Source: a virus
Lineage: Duplodnaviria; Caudoviricetes
Length of the DNA: 24,831 nucleotides
IMG/VR virus record: IMGVR_UViG_3300005805_000462
Location: 1-24,831 of that record
Reading direction: 5' to 3' (one strand)
The notes under the pieces were generated by a model. It was given only the letters and a program-made list of their open reading frames with translations, was not told the origin of the DNA and did not search any database. How positions within the stretch are numbered: position 1 is the stretch's first letter; the number at the start of each line of letters is the position of its first letter. The position numbers and the translations under genes were made by a program. Positions 1 through 7,847 of the stretch are shown here, one piece after another.

Positions 1-1315
1 CATTAACATCTGGCATTGTTGGTTGTGTCTTAAACATATCAGGTGCGCCAGGAGCATTAACATTTGGTAATCCATCACCCTGCGGACCTTCTCCTCCTGC
101 TTTCTCTGGAGCACCACCAGTCGATTCAGCCGGCGGTTTTCCTTCCGAAGACGACGGAGGAGTAGGAGCAGACGCCGTGGGAGCTGCTCCATTATTAGGA
201 GCAGTAGGAGCAGCCGCTGCAGGTGTCGTCGCGGGAGCGCTCGCAGGTGATGAAACTGATTTAGCAGGAGAACCTTTCATTTCCTGTCTTGCTTTTTCTC
301 GGTTTTGTTGAGATCTTTGAGCTTGCGTCATCTTTGCAGCAGGAGCTTTTGGTTCTTTAGGTGTTATAGCATCCTGTAACACTTTACCAGCATCACCACC
401 ATATCCAGGCGTAACGCCGCCGGAAGGTGTTTTATCTGGAAGTGCAGGCATTTTTTTTCTTAATTGTTCCGGAATGATATCGTTGCTCACATCTTCAGCA
501 ACTTTACTTCTAATTTTATCAGCCGATCCGCTATCCATGTTCGTGGTTATTCCGATAGAAGCGTCGTGCTTACCATCCATAACTTCTCTCATCAATATTG
601 TTCTTTGTGCACCTTCTTTCTGTGGTGCCAATTTACGTTCAGTAAAATAATCTCGCTTACGACGACCTATTTCGTCTTGTGACATATCTTCAGTGACGCC
701 TAACTTATCAAGAAGTTTTTTGTTTTCTTCGCCAATAGTCATTCGTATCATTCCCAGCAAACCAAGAGCAATAGCTGCTGGTGTTAATACTGGGGACATA
801 AATGATATGAGAGAAATTAGAGTACGTAATGCGCCGGCCCCACCCAACATACCTAATAATGCATCCTTAACCATACCCATTATATCAGAAGGACCACCTG
901 TAGATACCGGCTTATCATTTTTAGCAACAAGAGTTGGTGCTCCGATGTCTTCTATAGCAGGTAGATCTAATGCGGGTGCAGCAATTAATGCGCTTTTAGC
1001 AAAATCAACTTTGTTTGCATTCAATTCGGTATTGAACGATTTGAATTTTGATAGAATATCTTTCTGAGTTAACTTGATATCTTTAATGAGAGAGTTGATC
1101 GCAAGAACGAGTTTATTGGATAACTCGTATAATGAGTTTAACTGCGATCCTAGACTATTCATAGATGTTATGCTATTGGTAATAAACATATCACCAAACA
1201 TATTAGATTTTTTTGTTAGATTAGCATTTGCATTTGATTTGCGGAATGACGTAGTCATAGCAGGATCGTTTGCTGATCTTTGCTGGCTTGATGATACGAG
1301 ATTTGCGATTGCCAT
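1..1315 (-). CDS. Tape-measure/baseplate-hub-like (gp29-like) tail protein, truncated by the window edge (>438 aa); absent from the ORF track
   Basis: ATG at 1315-1313 overlaps the TAA of the upstream gene (TAATG) and the frame is open to base 1. It translates as MAIANLVSSSQQRSANDPAMTTSFRK..., with a helical N-terminus, a hydrophobic stretch ALLGMLGGAGALRTLISLISFMSPVLTPAAIALGLLGMI, and a Pro/Ala-rich region. The function is inferred from composition and position. Confidence 0.6.
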   Translation of the reverse strand, partial: MAIANLVSSSQQRSANDPAMTTSFRKSNANANLTKKSNMFGDMFITNSITSMNSLGSQLNSLYELSNKLVLAINSLIKDIKLTQKDILSKFKSFNTELNANKVDFAKSALIAAPALDLPAIEDIGAPTLVAKNDKPVSTGGPSDIMGMVKDALLGMLGGAGALRTLISLISFMSPVLTPAAIALGLLGMIRMTIGEENKKLLDKLGVTEDMSQDEIGRRKRDYFTERKLAPQKEGAQRTILMREVMDGKHDASIGITTNMDSGSADKIRSKVAEDVSNDIIPEQLRKKMPALPDKTPSGGVTPGYGGDAGKVLQDAITPKEPKAPAAKMTQAQRSQQNREKARQEMKGSPAKSVSSPASAPATTPAAAAPTAPNNGAAPTASAPTPPSSSEGKPPAESTGGAPEKAGGEGPQGDGLPNVNAPGAPDMFKTQPTMPDVN

Positions 1316-4134
1316 TAAAAGATCCTCAGAGCTCTAGCTAAACCTAATCCCGCAACAACACCAGCAAGAGCAAGAGGATTTACTGTTTCCGCTCTTGGGG
1401 CTGAAGGACTGTACGATGGTCGCTGATAGATTGTTCTTGTATTGTTAACCGTTCTGTCATTGTTCACTATAATTAATCTTTCTCTTTCTCCTTGTCCAGC
1501 AGATTCCTGAACAGCATTTCGTTGAGATAGAGCTGCGAGCGATTGTTGCAGTGGCGCAGGAGCAGGAGCAGCCTGAGGTCTAGCTGCTGACGGTGGCGGA
1601 CCACCTCCACCCGTAGGTAATCTTGGCGTAGTTGCTTGTGGAGTCCCCGCAGGCGCTTGTGAAGCAGCTGCATATTCTTCTCCACCAATCTTCTGAACGT
1701 GCGGTGGATCAAATGCAGCATGCGGACGATGCAATCCCTGTGCACGTAAGAATGGATCTAGAGCTGGACCAGGAGACACGTCGAGAGCTTGTCCTCTCCC
1801 GTGCGCGCTACCTCTTCCGCCGCCTTCTACAGTGTATTGTTTTCCTTGATAGGTAATCGTCGTAGTGTTCTGTGGTTTAGCTGGAGAATATATTCCGGGC
1901 TCGCGAAACACGTTCGCGCGAACCCATAACTGAGCTTGATATTCATCTCCGCGATATCCGGAATTGATGGTAACAGGCTTACCGTATTCTTGAGCAGCTT
2001 GATAAAATCTCTGAAGCAAATCGGGATCTACCTGAGAGATATCTACATTATTACCTAGAGTAACATTAGGAGGAGGAGTTGCTCCAGATACTGGATTCTG
2101 TCCACCAGCGCCTGCTAGTCTTCCTACTCCGCCTGTTCCTGTAGCAACTCTTTCTGGTGCTGCTTGTGGACCAACAGTTGATGCAGCCGGACCTCCACCT
2201 CCTACTGGTATTGATGGAGTCGCTGCTGTTATTGTTCCGCCAGTGAGATCCATTGCGCGTTGAGCATAACGCATTCTTCCTTCGTAATGCTTAACACCAG
2301 CAGCTTCGTAGTGCTTCTCAAATACCATCATTGCGCTCTGAACATCATTAGTCTTTTTTAATTCAATCAGTGAACGCTTATGTGTTGTATTGAGTTCTTC
2401 CTTCATAAACCCATAATTAGCTTCTGGGTCTGTTGCAGATTGTCCGGTCCTTTCAAGATATGCTTCGAAAGATCTGCGGCGAGGACCAGTCCACTGGGCC
2501 CATCCAAGTCCACCACGTCCTCTAGTAACTCCGCGCTCTTGTATGCCTGCTTGCAATCCAGCAGACTCGTGTCCAAGATTACCTAATATGCCTGCTGCTT
2601 GTTCGCGTGTCAGACCAAAATCTGATTGTAGCCTAGCCATCAATGCAGGCGCCTGAGAATCAAAAGATCCTCCGCCAGCGATACGTCCCGAAGGAGCACC
2701 CATACCAGTACCAGGAATTGCGCTAGGAGCAGCAGCAATAGTAGGCGCCCCCGCAGCAGCAGGTCCACCTGCTCCAATAGGCAATCTCGAATCAGCTCCA
2801 GCAATCTGCGGTGCTCCCGGTAATGGGGACACTCCAGATCGATCTATAGCTAATGCACCGCCTTCAGCTGACGCCAGAGAAAAGTGCATAGCATCTTTCG
2901 ATGAACGCCAGTCTCCACCCCATCCTAATCCATATTTGCGAGCCATCTCACCGATATTAGAAGGCATATCAGTAACAAGACGTCCGTCAAACAAATGAGG
3001 ATTCGATGAAGGATTGATATCAATCGCTACACCGAGCGAATGAAAACTCTTTTGATTGGATCCTGCGATATTTCTATTAGCATATCCACCAATACTATTA
3101 ATCTTATATCCAGTTGCTTCAAGCTCATCTACGAATCCCTTGAAGTTTTGCGCATATTGCTCGGCTACAACAAACGACTTACCAGAAGCAGTTTTAATTG
3201 TTACCATACCCGAAACAGGCGATGTTCCTATACTAGAAGTACCGCCTGGAGCACCACCGGGAGCAGCAGCCGGTCCACCGCCCAAATAATTTGTTCCGAG
3301 TACTAATCCAGCACCAGCTGCTACACCAGCAGCCGCAGCAGCTGTTCCTAATACTATATTCCTTTTAGCTCTAATAGTAGCTATTCTAGAAGCTCGCGCT
3401 TCAACTTCTGCTCTGCGAGTATCTCTAAATCTAGTGGATTTAGTTTCTTCGGATCTTCTTATCTTTGATTTTACAGCTGTAGCTTTAGCAGCTCTAGATC
3501 CAGATACGGGCATAGGCCCGCGAGTAGGTCTAGTAACAGCACCACCGGATTTTGATGGCCCCTTAACACCTGTAATTTGCTCAACGATTTTATCTCGGAA
3601 TTCATCATTTTGCTGCATCATCTTACGAATGATGAGATAATTTTGCTCGGATAAAGTTTTAACGATTCCTCGCATACCATCGAGCGCGATGGGCATTTTT
3701 CTAAATGATAATTCGTTAACTTTTACTATTTTTGATGCTGTTTGTATAGTATCTGTAAATGCAGTTTCTAACTGATCAACATTAGTTTTTTCGTCTGGTG
3801 CATCAGATAGCTTATTAAACTTTGGTAAGTTTTTCTGAAGCTCTTCGCGCTTGGAAAATATCTGTTGTAATTTTTCAGTCGCAGGTTTTCCAGCTTCATC
3901 AACGATCGTACCATCGGGCTGAAAGAAGTATTTACTGTTACCTATCTTTCCCGCGAGTTCTTTCAGCGAACGGCGTTGTTTCGTTACAGGTTCTTCTTTT
4001 GGCATAGGGGGAAACATATTAGCGAATTTAGCTGGAGCCGGTTTTCCCGCCTCATCAACGATCGTACCATCACTCGCGTAATAGTATTTTGAATCTCCGA
4101 TCGCTCCAGCTTGGATTCTAGTTTCCTTAGCCAT
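1315..4134 (-). CDS. Virion-associated multi-domain peptidoglycan hydrolase, tape-measure-like (M15 peptidase + phage tail lysozyme + second M15 peptidase), 939 aa
   Basis: First M15 motif set: R...SFHSLGVAID...WGGDW...DAMH. Phage tail lysozyme motifs: AAGILGNLGHES...GLGWAQWTGPRR...FEKHYE. Second M15 set: INSGYR...Q...SAHGRGQALD...DPPH. The domains are joined by Gly/Ala/Pro linkers. Confidence 0.85.
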   Translation of the reverse strand: MAKETRIQAGAIGDSKYYYASDGTIVDEAGKPAPAKFANMFPPMPKEEPVTKQRRSLKELAGKIGNSKYFFQPDGTIVDEAGKPATEKLQQIFSKREELQKNLPKFNKLSDAPDEKTNVDQLETAFTDTIQTASKIVKVNELSFRKMPIALDGMRGIVKTLSEQNYLIIRKMMQQNDEFRDKIVEQITGVKGPSKSGGAVTRPTRGPMPVSGSRAAKATAVKSKIRRSEETKSTRFRDTRRAEVEARASRIATIRAKRNIVLGTAAAAAGVAAGAGLVLGTNYLGGGPAAAPGGAPGGTSSIGTSPVSGMVTIKTASGKSFVVAEQYAQNFKGFVDELEATGYKINSIGGYANRNIAGSNQKSFHSLGVAIDINPSSNPHLFDGRLVTDMPSNIGEMARKYGLGWGGDWRSSKDAMHFSLASAEGGALAIDRSGVSPLPGAPQIAGADSRLPIGAGGPAAAGAPTIAAAPSAIPGTGMGAPSGRIAGGGSFDSQAPALMARLQSDFGLTREQAAGILGNLGHESAGLQAGIQERGVTRGRGGLGWAQWTGPRRRSFEAYLERTGQSATDPEANYGFMKEELNTTHKRSLIELKKTNDVQSAMMVFEKHYEAAGVKHYEGRMRYAQRAMDLTGGTITAATPSIPVGGGGPAASTVGPQAAPERVATGTGGVGRLAGAGGQNPVSGATPPPNVTLGNNVDISQVDPDLLQRFYQAAQEYGKPVTINSGYRGDEYQAQLWVRANVFREPGIYSPAKPQNTTTITYQGKQYTVEGGGRGSAHGRGQALDVSPGPALDPFLRAQGLHRPHAAFDPPHVQKIGGEEYAAASQAPAGTPQATTPRLPTGGGGPPPSAARPQAAPAPAPLQQSLAALSQRNAVQESAGQGERERLIIVNNDRTVNNTRTIYQRPSYSPSAPRAETVNPLALAGVVAGLGLARALRIF
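3896..4071 (-). repeat. Tandem N-terminal peptide repeat with an identical 20-bp core at 3896-3915 and 4052-4071
   Basis: tcatcaacgatcgtaccatc occurs twice, 156 nt apart. The peptides are AGAIGDSKYYYASDGTIVDEAGKPA and AGKIGNSKYFFQPDGTIVDEAGKPA. Confidence 0.9.
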
Positions 4135-4137
4135 TTA

Positions 4138-4320
4138 CTACCTTTGTTTTTCTTGTTCTTCTTTTAACTTCTCTAGATACTCCACAAGCATTTTCACATA
4201 GATATCCCTCTCCCACGGAATCATACCTTCTATGTCACCTAATGAATATTTGTGATACTGCATTAACGAAAAGTTAGTCTGGTAATAATTCGCTAGTGTA
4301 TTATGAGAGAGGATTATTAA
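4138..4320 (-). CDS. gp51: gp51-like baseplate hub assembly module (60 aa), probably translated as a -1 frameshift extension of gp26; absent from the ORF track
   Basis: The frame reads LIILSHNTLANYYQTNFSLMQYHKYSLGDIEGMIPWERDIYVKMLVEYLEKLKEEQEKQR*. The NYY.TNF.LMQ.HKYSL..IE.M.PWER.IY pattern is typical of the short gp51 of T4-like phages. The first ATG, at 4263, lies inside the conserved part. Confidence 0.85.
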   Translation of the reverse strand, partial: LIILSHNTLANYYQTNFSLMQYHKYSLGDIEGMIPWERDIYVKMLVEYLEKLKEEQEKQR

Positions 4321-4328
4321 AAAAAATC
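4317..4328 (-). promoter_or_regulatory. Putative -1 ribosomal frameshift slippery site (U8 run; U UUU UUU)
   Basis: The minus strand reads GAT TTT TTT TAA TAA in the gp26 frame. The -1 frame reads TGA TTT TTT TTA ATA ATC CTC..., opening exactly at the run. Confidence 0.75.
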
Positions 4329-5021
4329 AGACATCCCTTCTAATACAACAGTATCTTCTTGACCACATCCCACGCACTTGTACTTAAAAGTATGTTTCAA
4401 TTTTGGCATAGTGTTAACAAATTTCATGATCTTAGCAAATTGACTGTTATTCAATGATTCAATGAATGAGATAGCATCATTTAGATTATCTGGTTCATAA
4501 ACATTTTCATTATCATAGACAGATAAAATGCATTTGGCTAACATAGAAATTTCATCACTACCTTCACTGATAGTCTTGATATCATTAATCGTAGGATAGC
4601 GCATTTCCATCCCAAGTTTATCATCAATCTGTATCTTCGCAGTATGTTCCGGATCTTTTTCTATCTTAACATTTTCTAAATTGATTTCAACAGGCGTAAC
4701 AGCTTCGCATGATATCCCATTATAATTCACACCACCAGTGTGACGATATTCTAGCTTTACGATTTCACCAACAGATTTCGCTCGGATATTTAAAAACAAA
4801 TACTCCAGATCAAAATACGGAATAACATTTACGTCTACGTCATCAGTGCAAGCATTGATAACATCTTTCACCGCTTCAATCATAGCCAACGAATCTTCCG
4901 ATTGTGCAGCCATCAATAATACTTTTTCTTCTTTGACCAAGAATGGTCTATATTGAATTCTTTTCGAAGAAGAAGGAAGTTCCAGACCAAATCGCGCGAC
5001 TGCAATTTTAGGTAATGCCAT
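4317..5021 (-). CDS. gp26: Baseplate hub subunit / assembly chaperone gp26
   Basis: MALPKI...LELPSS.K.I.YRPFLVKEEKVLLMA; FDLEYLFLNIRAKSVGE; MRYPT; C-terminal CxxC and LEGMSDFF. RBS GAGGTG upstream. Confidence 0.92.
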   Translation of the reverse strand: MALPKIAVARFGLELPSSSKRIQYRPFLVKEEKVLLMAAQSEDSLAMIEAVKDVINACTDDVDVNVIPYFDLEYLFLNIRAKSVGEIVKLEYRHTGGVNYNGISCEAVTPVEINLENVKIEKDPEHTAKIQIDDKLGMEMRYPTINDIKTISEGSDEISMLAKCILSVYDNENVYEPDNLNDAISFIESLNNSQFAKIMKFVNTMPKLKHTFKYKCVGCGQEDTVVLEGMSDFF

Positions 5022-5038
5022 AATTCACCTCATGTTGT

Positions 5039-5734
5039 TTAAGTATTTCTTTTACTAGCTTCTCTTTGAGAGAAAAATCTATCAGGGAATGTGTTGTTGA
5101 TTTCTGTCGTATAGAAATATCTCATTTCTACTTGCAGCTTACCATATCCCTCATCTCCCCAAGCCATTTGAATATCATTAACAGCTATCGGATAAGCTTC
5201 ATGCAATACGATTTCTGTATGTATTTCGTATTCACCTTCTCCGTCTGCTCCTACTATGCCTCCGGAGTTTTCATCTAAAGGCGATGAATACTGCACGATT
5301 TTAATCGTACCGATTCCATCTTGATAGTATTTCGTATCGAATGGAGCAACAACATTTGAACGTTCATGATTAGAACGATTGTGACCTACAAGAAAATCCT
5401 GCCAGCGCATAAAGACTTCGCGCTCGCGCATGTCTTTACTGAGAATGATGCTAAACGAAACTGGCTGTTGCGAATATCTATAGGGAATAGCACGAGCAGG
5501 TCCGTGATAATTCTGATCAAACGTCGTGAGCGTTCTTCCGGGTATATTCAAAGATTCTATACGAAATTGCATACCTTCGTCTAGACCAAATCTCCTAAGA
5601 ACATTCGCTGGAGAAGAAGCACCATTTCTACTGTACGAACCAGGTCCTCCGATGATGTATCCTTCGAATTGCGAAGTCTGCGCAATTCCTGAATCACTAA
5701 TTCTAGACGAAAAATCAGCTACGTTAAATGGCAT
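5039..5734 (-). CDS. gp54: Baseplate tail-tube initiator (gp54-like, tube/gp19 fold)
   Basis: F.V.DF...I...GIA; ESLNIPGRTL; IPY; SKDMREREVF..WQD; YYQD..GTIKI.QY; L.EAYPIAVNDIQMAWG...KLQVEM.Y. It lies between gp2 and gp26. Confidence 0.7.
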   Translation of the reverse strand: MPFNVADFSSRISDSGIAQTSQFEGYIIGGPGSYSRNGASSPANVLRRFGLDEGMQFRIESLNIPGRTLTTFDQNYHGPARAIPYRYSQQPVSFSIILSKDMREREVFMRWQDFLVGHNRSNHERSNVVAPFDTKYYQDGIGTIKIVQYSSPLDENSGGIVGADGEGEYEIHTEIVLHEAYPIAVNDIQMAWGDEGYGKLQVEMRYFYTTEINNTFPDRFFSQREASKRNT

Positions 5735-5736
5735 TG

Positions 5737-6351
5737 TTAAATCCTATTGCGACTGTCCGCATAGATGCGACTTTTATTTGCGCCTACAAATCTGTCAAGA
5801 GGCAAGAACAAAGTCATTTCCCATTCGCTAGGTTCTATATAAAAGAATTTAGAACGAACTTGCGATACCAAGTATCTTTTGATACACGGTTTAAAAAAAC
5901 GATATCTAGATGCTTGTTGGAGTATATTATATGAAATCCTCAGTCGTGTATTTTCATCAAGTTCTTTTGTTGAAGCGGAATCGTACAGAGCATCCATCAA
6001 AGCAGCTCTAAGCGGTAACGGAAGATAATGCAGATTGATTCCTAAAAACGATGCGCCGTTTGTTGCGAATCCATTAGTTCTGCTAGAGTCAATAGGAAAA
6101 ATGAGCGGAAATCTATCATAGTACGGGAGAGTCTTTTTACCCTTAGGATCATACTCAAATAGATACATACGACCTAGCATTGGCTTATCTGTTAAACGCG
6201 AAGCTTGACTTTTGATCATTCGCGTAGGACTAGCATTACCCATAGTTTTAGCTTGTTGACGAAACCATTCCCTAGAGTCGCGCTTTATAGAAGGCGAAAC
6301 TCCAGCGGTCATTCCCTTCTTAAGCATTCTATCGAATATGTACGCAGGCAT
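5737..6351 (-). CDS. gp2: DNA end protector protein gp2
   Basis: SREWF, GRMYLFEYDPKGKKTLPYYDRFPLIF, FLGINLHYLP, KPCIKRYL, W...LFLP..RF. The start was moved to the ATG at 6351 (TAATG overlap with the gp4 stop). Confidence 0.93.
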   Translation of the reverse strand: MPAYIFDRMLKKGMTAGVSPSIKRDSREWFRQQAKTMGNASPTRMIKSQASRLTDKPMLGRMYLFEYDPKGKKTLPYYDRFPLIFPIDSSRTNGFATNGASFLGINLHYLPLPLRAALMDALYDSASTKELDENTRLRISYNILQQASRYRFFKPCIKRYLVSQVRSKFFYIEPSEWEMTLFLPLDRFVGANKSRIYADSRNRI

Positions 6352-6797
6352 TAAATTCCCAATTCCTTTTCGGTGAGCACTACGAACTGCCAATCACGAT
6401 CAGCACAATATTCTTTAGCAGCTTCCCATTTGCTTATATTTATTCCATACGTAGCCACCTCACGAAGATACTTCTTCGTTGGCTTAGATCCATTTGTCTT
6501 AATTTTTGGTGGGACTGATTGCGCTCGAGGTTTGATCTCGATCATCTTGACGCTGATCTTTCCCTCTTTATCCCTCATCTTAATAATGAAGTCGGGGAAA
6601 TATCGATGCCATCGTCCGTCGAGCGGAGATTTATAGGGAACAATAACTTCTTCTGAAGCCCACTGTATGATGTTAGGATTTGAATCTAGATAGGCCATGA
6701 ATCGAAGTTCCCAAGATGATCGATAGACGATCTTCGTAGGATCTCCTTTATACTTTTGAGGATTTTTAGGTTGAAAACGTCCTTTATATGCTGCCAT
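6351..6797 (-). CDS. gp4: Head completion protein gp4 (TnsA-like nuclease fold)
   Basis: MAAYKGRFQPKNPQKYKGDPTKIVYRSSWE...WASEE..VPY.SP.D...HRYFPDF...IEIKP...KW.AA...F.VLTE.EL. The start was moved to the ATG at 6797. Confidence 0.95.
   Translation of the reverse strand: MAAYKGRFQPKNPQKYKGDPTKIVYRSSWELRFMAYLDSNPNIIQWASEEVIVPYKSPLDGRWHRYFPDFIIKMRDKEGKISVKMIEIKPRAQSVPPKIKTNGSKPTKKYLREVATYGINISKWEAAKEYCADRDWQFVVLTEKELGI
6437..6444 (-). promoter_or_regulatory. Possible internal late promoter (AATAAATA) inside gp4, upstream of gp2
   Basis: One mismatch to TATAAATA, about 85 nt before the gp2 start. It could simply reflect the codons for G-I-N-I. Confidence 0.3.
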
Positions 6798-6803
6798 AGT
6801 ATC

Positions 6804-6811
6804 TATGTATT
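6804..6811 (-). promoter_or_regulatory. Possible degenerate late promoter (AATACATA) for the leftward operon
   Basis: Two mismatches to TATAAATA, ending 6 nt before the gp4 ATG. It sits back-to-back with the rightward late promoter. Confidence 0.4.
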
Positions 6812-6814
6812 CGA

Positions 6815-6822
6815 TATAAATA
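6815..6822 (+). promoter_or_regulatory. T4-type (gp55 sigma) late promoter TATAAATA
   Basis: Exact consensus in the divergent intergenic gap, followed by RBS AAGGAG (6834-6839) and the ATG at 6846. Confidence 0.85.
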
Positions 6823-6845
6823 AGTAACAGCATAAGGAGTGCTTC

Positions 6846-7832
6846 ATGGTATTAAGGTTATTAGCTAAACCTATAGCAGCATTAGCAGCGAGAAGAATTA
6901 GTATGGGCGTTGCTTCTAGAGCTGCTGGTGTTGGCGCTCTTGTTGGTGCTGGCCTTGCTGGTTTATCTGGGATGCTAGGAGGTACCGGTGAAAGTAGAGC
7001 AGATCCGTTTAACAGTGCTAACTTAACATTTCCAGATGATCTCGCAAATAATGATCATTGGATTTCATTCGAAGCACAAGAAACTAAAGGCGCGCCTGTT
7101 CCTGGATTAGGATTAGCATTGGCTAATCTAGCCGGTTCGTTTGTGATTAAAGGCGGATCAGTATTTTTACCAATGCCATCTAACCTCTCTACTGATTATA
7201 ATCCAGAATATAGCACACCAGATCTTGGTCCTATTGCTGGCATGGCTTTAAAACCTTTTGACAGAGCTATGTACGGAAATACAGATATTCCCGGCGGAAT
7301 TAGTGCGGGTGGACTTGCAGCTGGCGTTGCCGGCGGTGCAACAGTAAAAGGTGCGCAAGCGATCGCGGGGTTAATCCCAGGCGGCGGAGAAGGTGTTTTC
7401 GGAGCATTATTAAAAGTTTCTGCCGGTGTTGCCGTTAATCCGCACAAAATCGTATTGTTTACTGGTGTAAATTTTAGAGATCATACATTTTCCTGGAGAC
7501 TTTCTCCTAAAAATCGTCAAGAGTCCGACACAATCAGAAACATTATAGATTTTTTCAAATTCTACTCACACCCAGAATATGTTGCAGGCGGATTGTTTTT
7601 TAAATATCCAGAATTCTTTAATATCAGATTCCATCACCCGGATTATCTTTTTGCGATAAGACCATCAGTATGCACAGACGTTAGAATCAATTACCATACG
7701 CAAGGATATCCTGCATACGTTCGAAATGCAGACGGAAGCGGTGCTCCTGCTCCAGCAGAAATTGAACTGACTCTGTCGTTTAAAGAAACTGAAATTGTCA
7801 CTAAGAATTCTCTTAATCCTCCAGCGACCTAA
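6846..7832 (+). CDS. gp48: Baseplate tail-tube cap gp48-like
   Basis: FP.DL; V.LPMP.NL...Y...Y; AVNPH...LF.GV.FR.H.FSW.LSPKN..ES..I..II..FK; FFKYPE.F.I.F; V.INY; P.EIELTLSFKETEI.T. It precedes gp53. Confidence 0.85.
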   Translation: MVLRLLAKPIAALAARRISMGVASRAAGVGALVGAGLAGLSGMLGGTGESRADPFNSANLTFPDDLANNDHWISFEAQETKGAPVPGLGLALANLAGSFVIKGGSVFLPMPSNLSTDYNPEYSTPDLGPIAGMALKPFDRAMYGNTDIPGGISAGGLAAGVAGGATVKGAQAIAGLIPGGGEGVFGALLKVSAGVAVNPHKIVLFTGVNFRDHTFSWRLSPKNRQESDTIRNIIDFFKFYSHPEYVAGGLFFKYPEFFNIRFHHPDYLFAIRPSVCTDVRINYHTQGYPAYVRNADGSGAPAPAEIELTLSFKETEIVTKNSLNPPAT

Positions 7833-7847
7833 TGAATAGGAATATTG

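Noticed and set aside
464-3640. Short plus-strand ORFs (464-682, 693-1067, 1074-1337, 1632-1856, 2380-2586, 3040-3306, 3434-3640 etc.)
   Set aside because: They are antisense shadows of long minus-strand genes, with no RBS or recognisable motifs.
6351-6833. Longer ORF-track starts for gp2 (6393) and gp4 (6833)
   Set aside because: The conserved N-termini and the TAATG coupling favour 6351 and 6797. The longer gp4 start would run across the promoter region.
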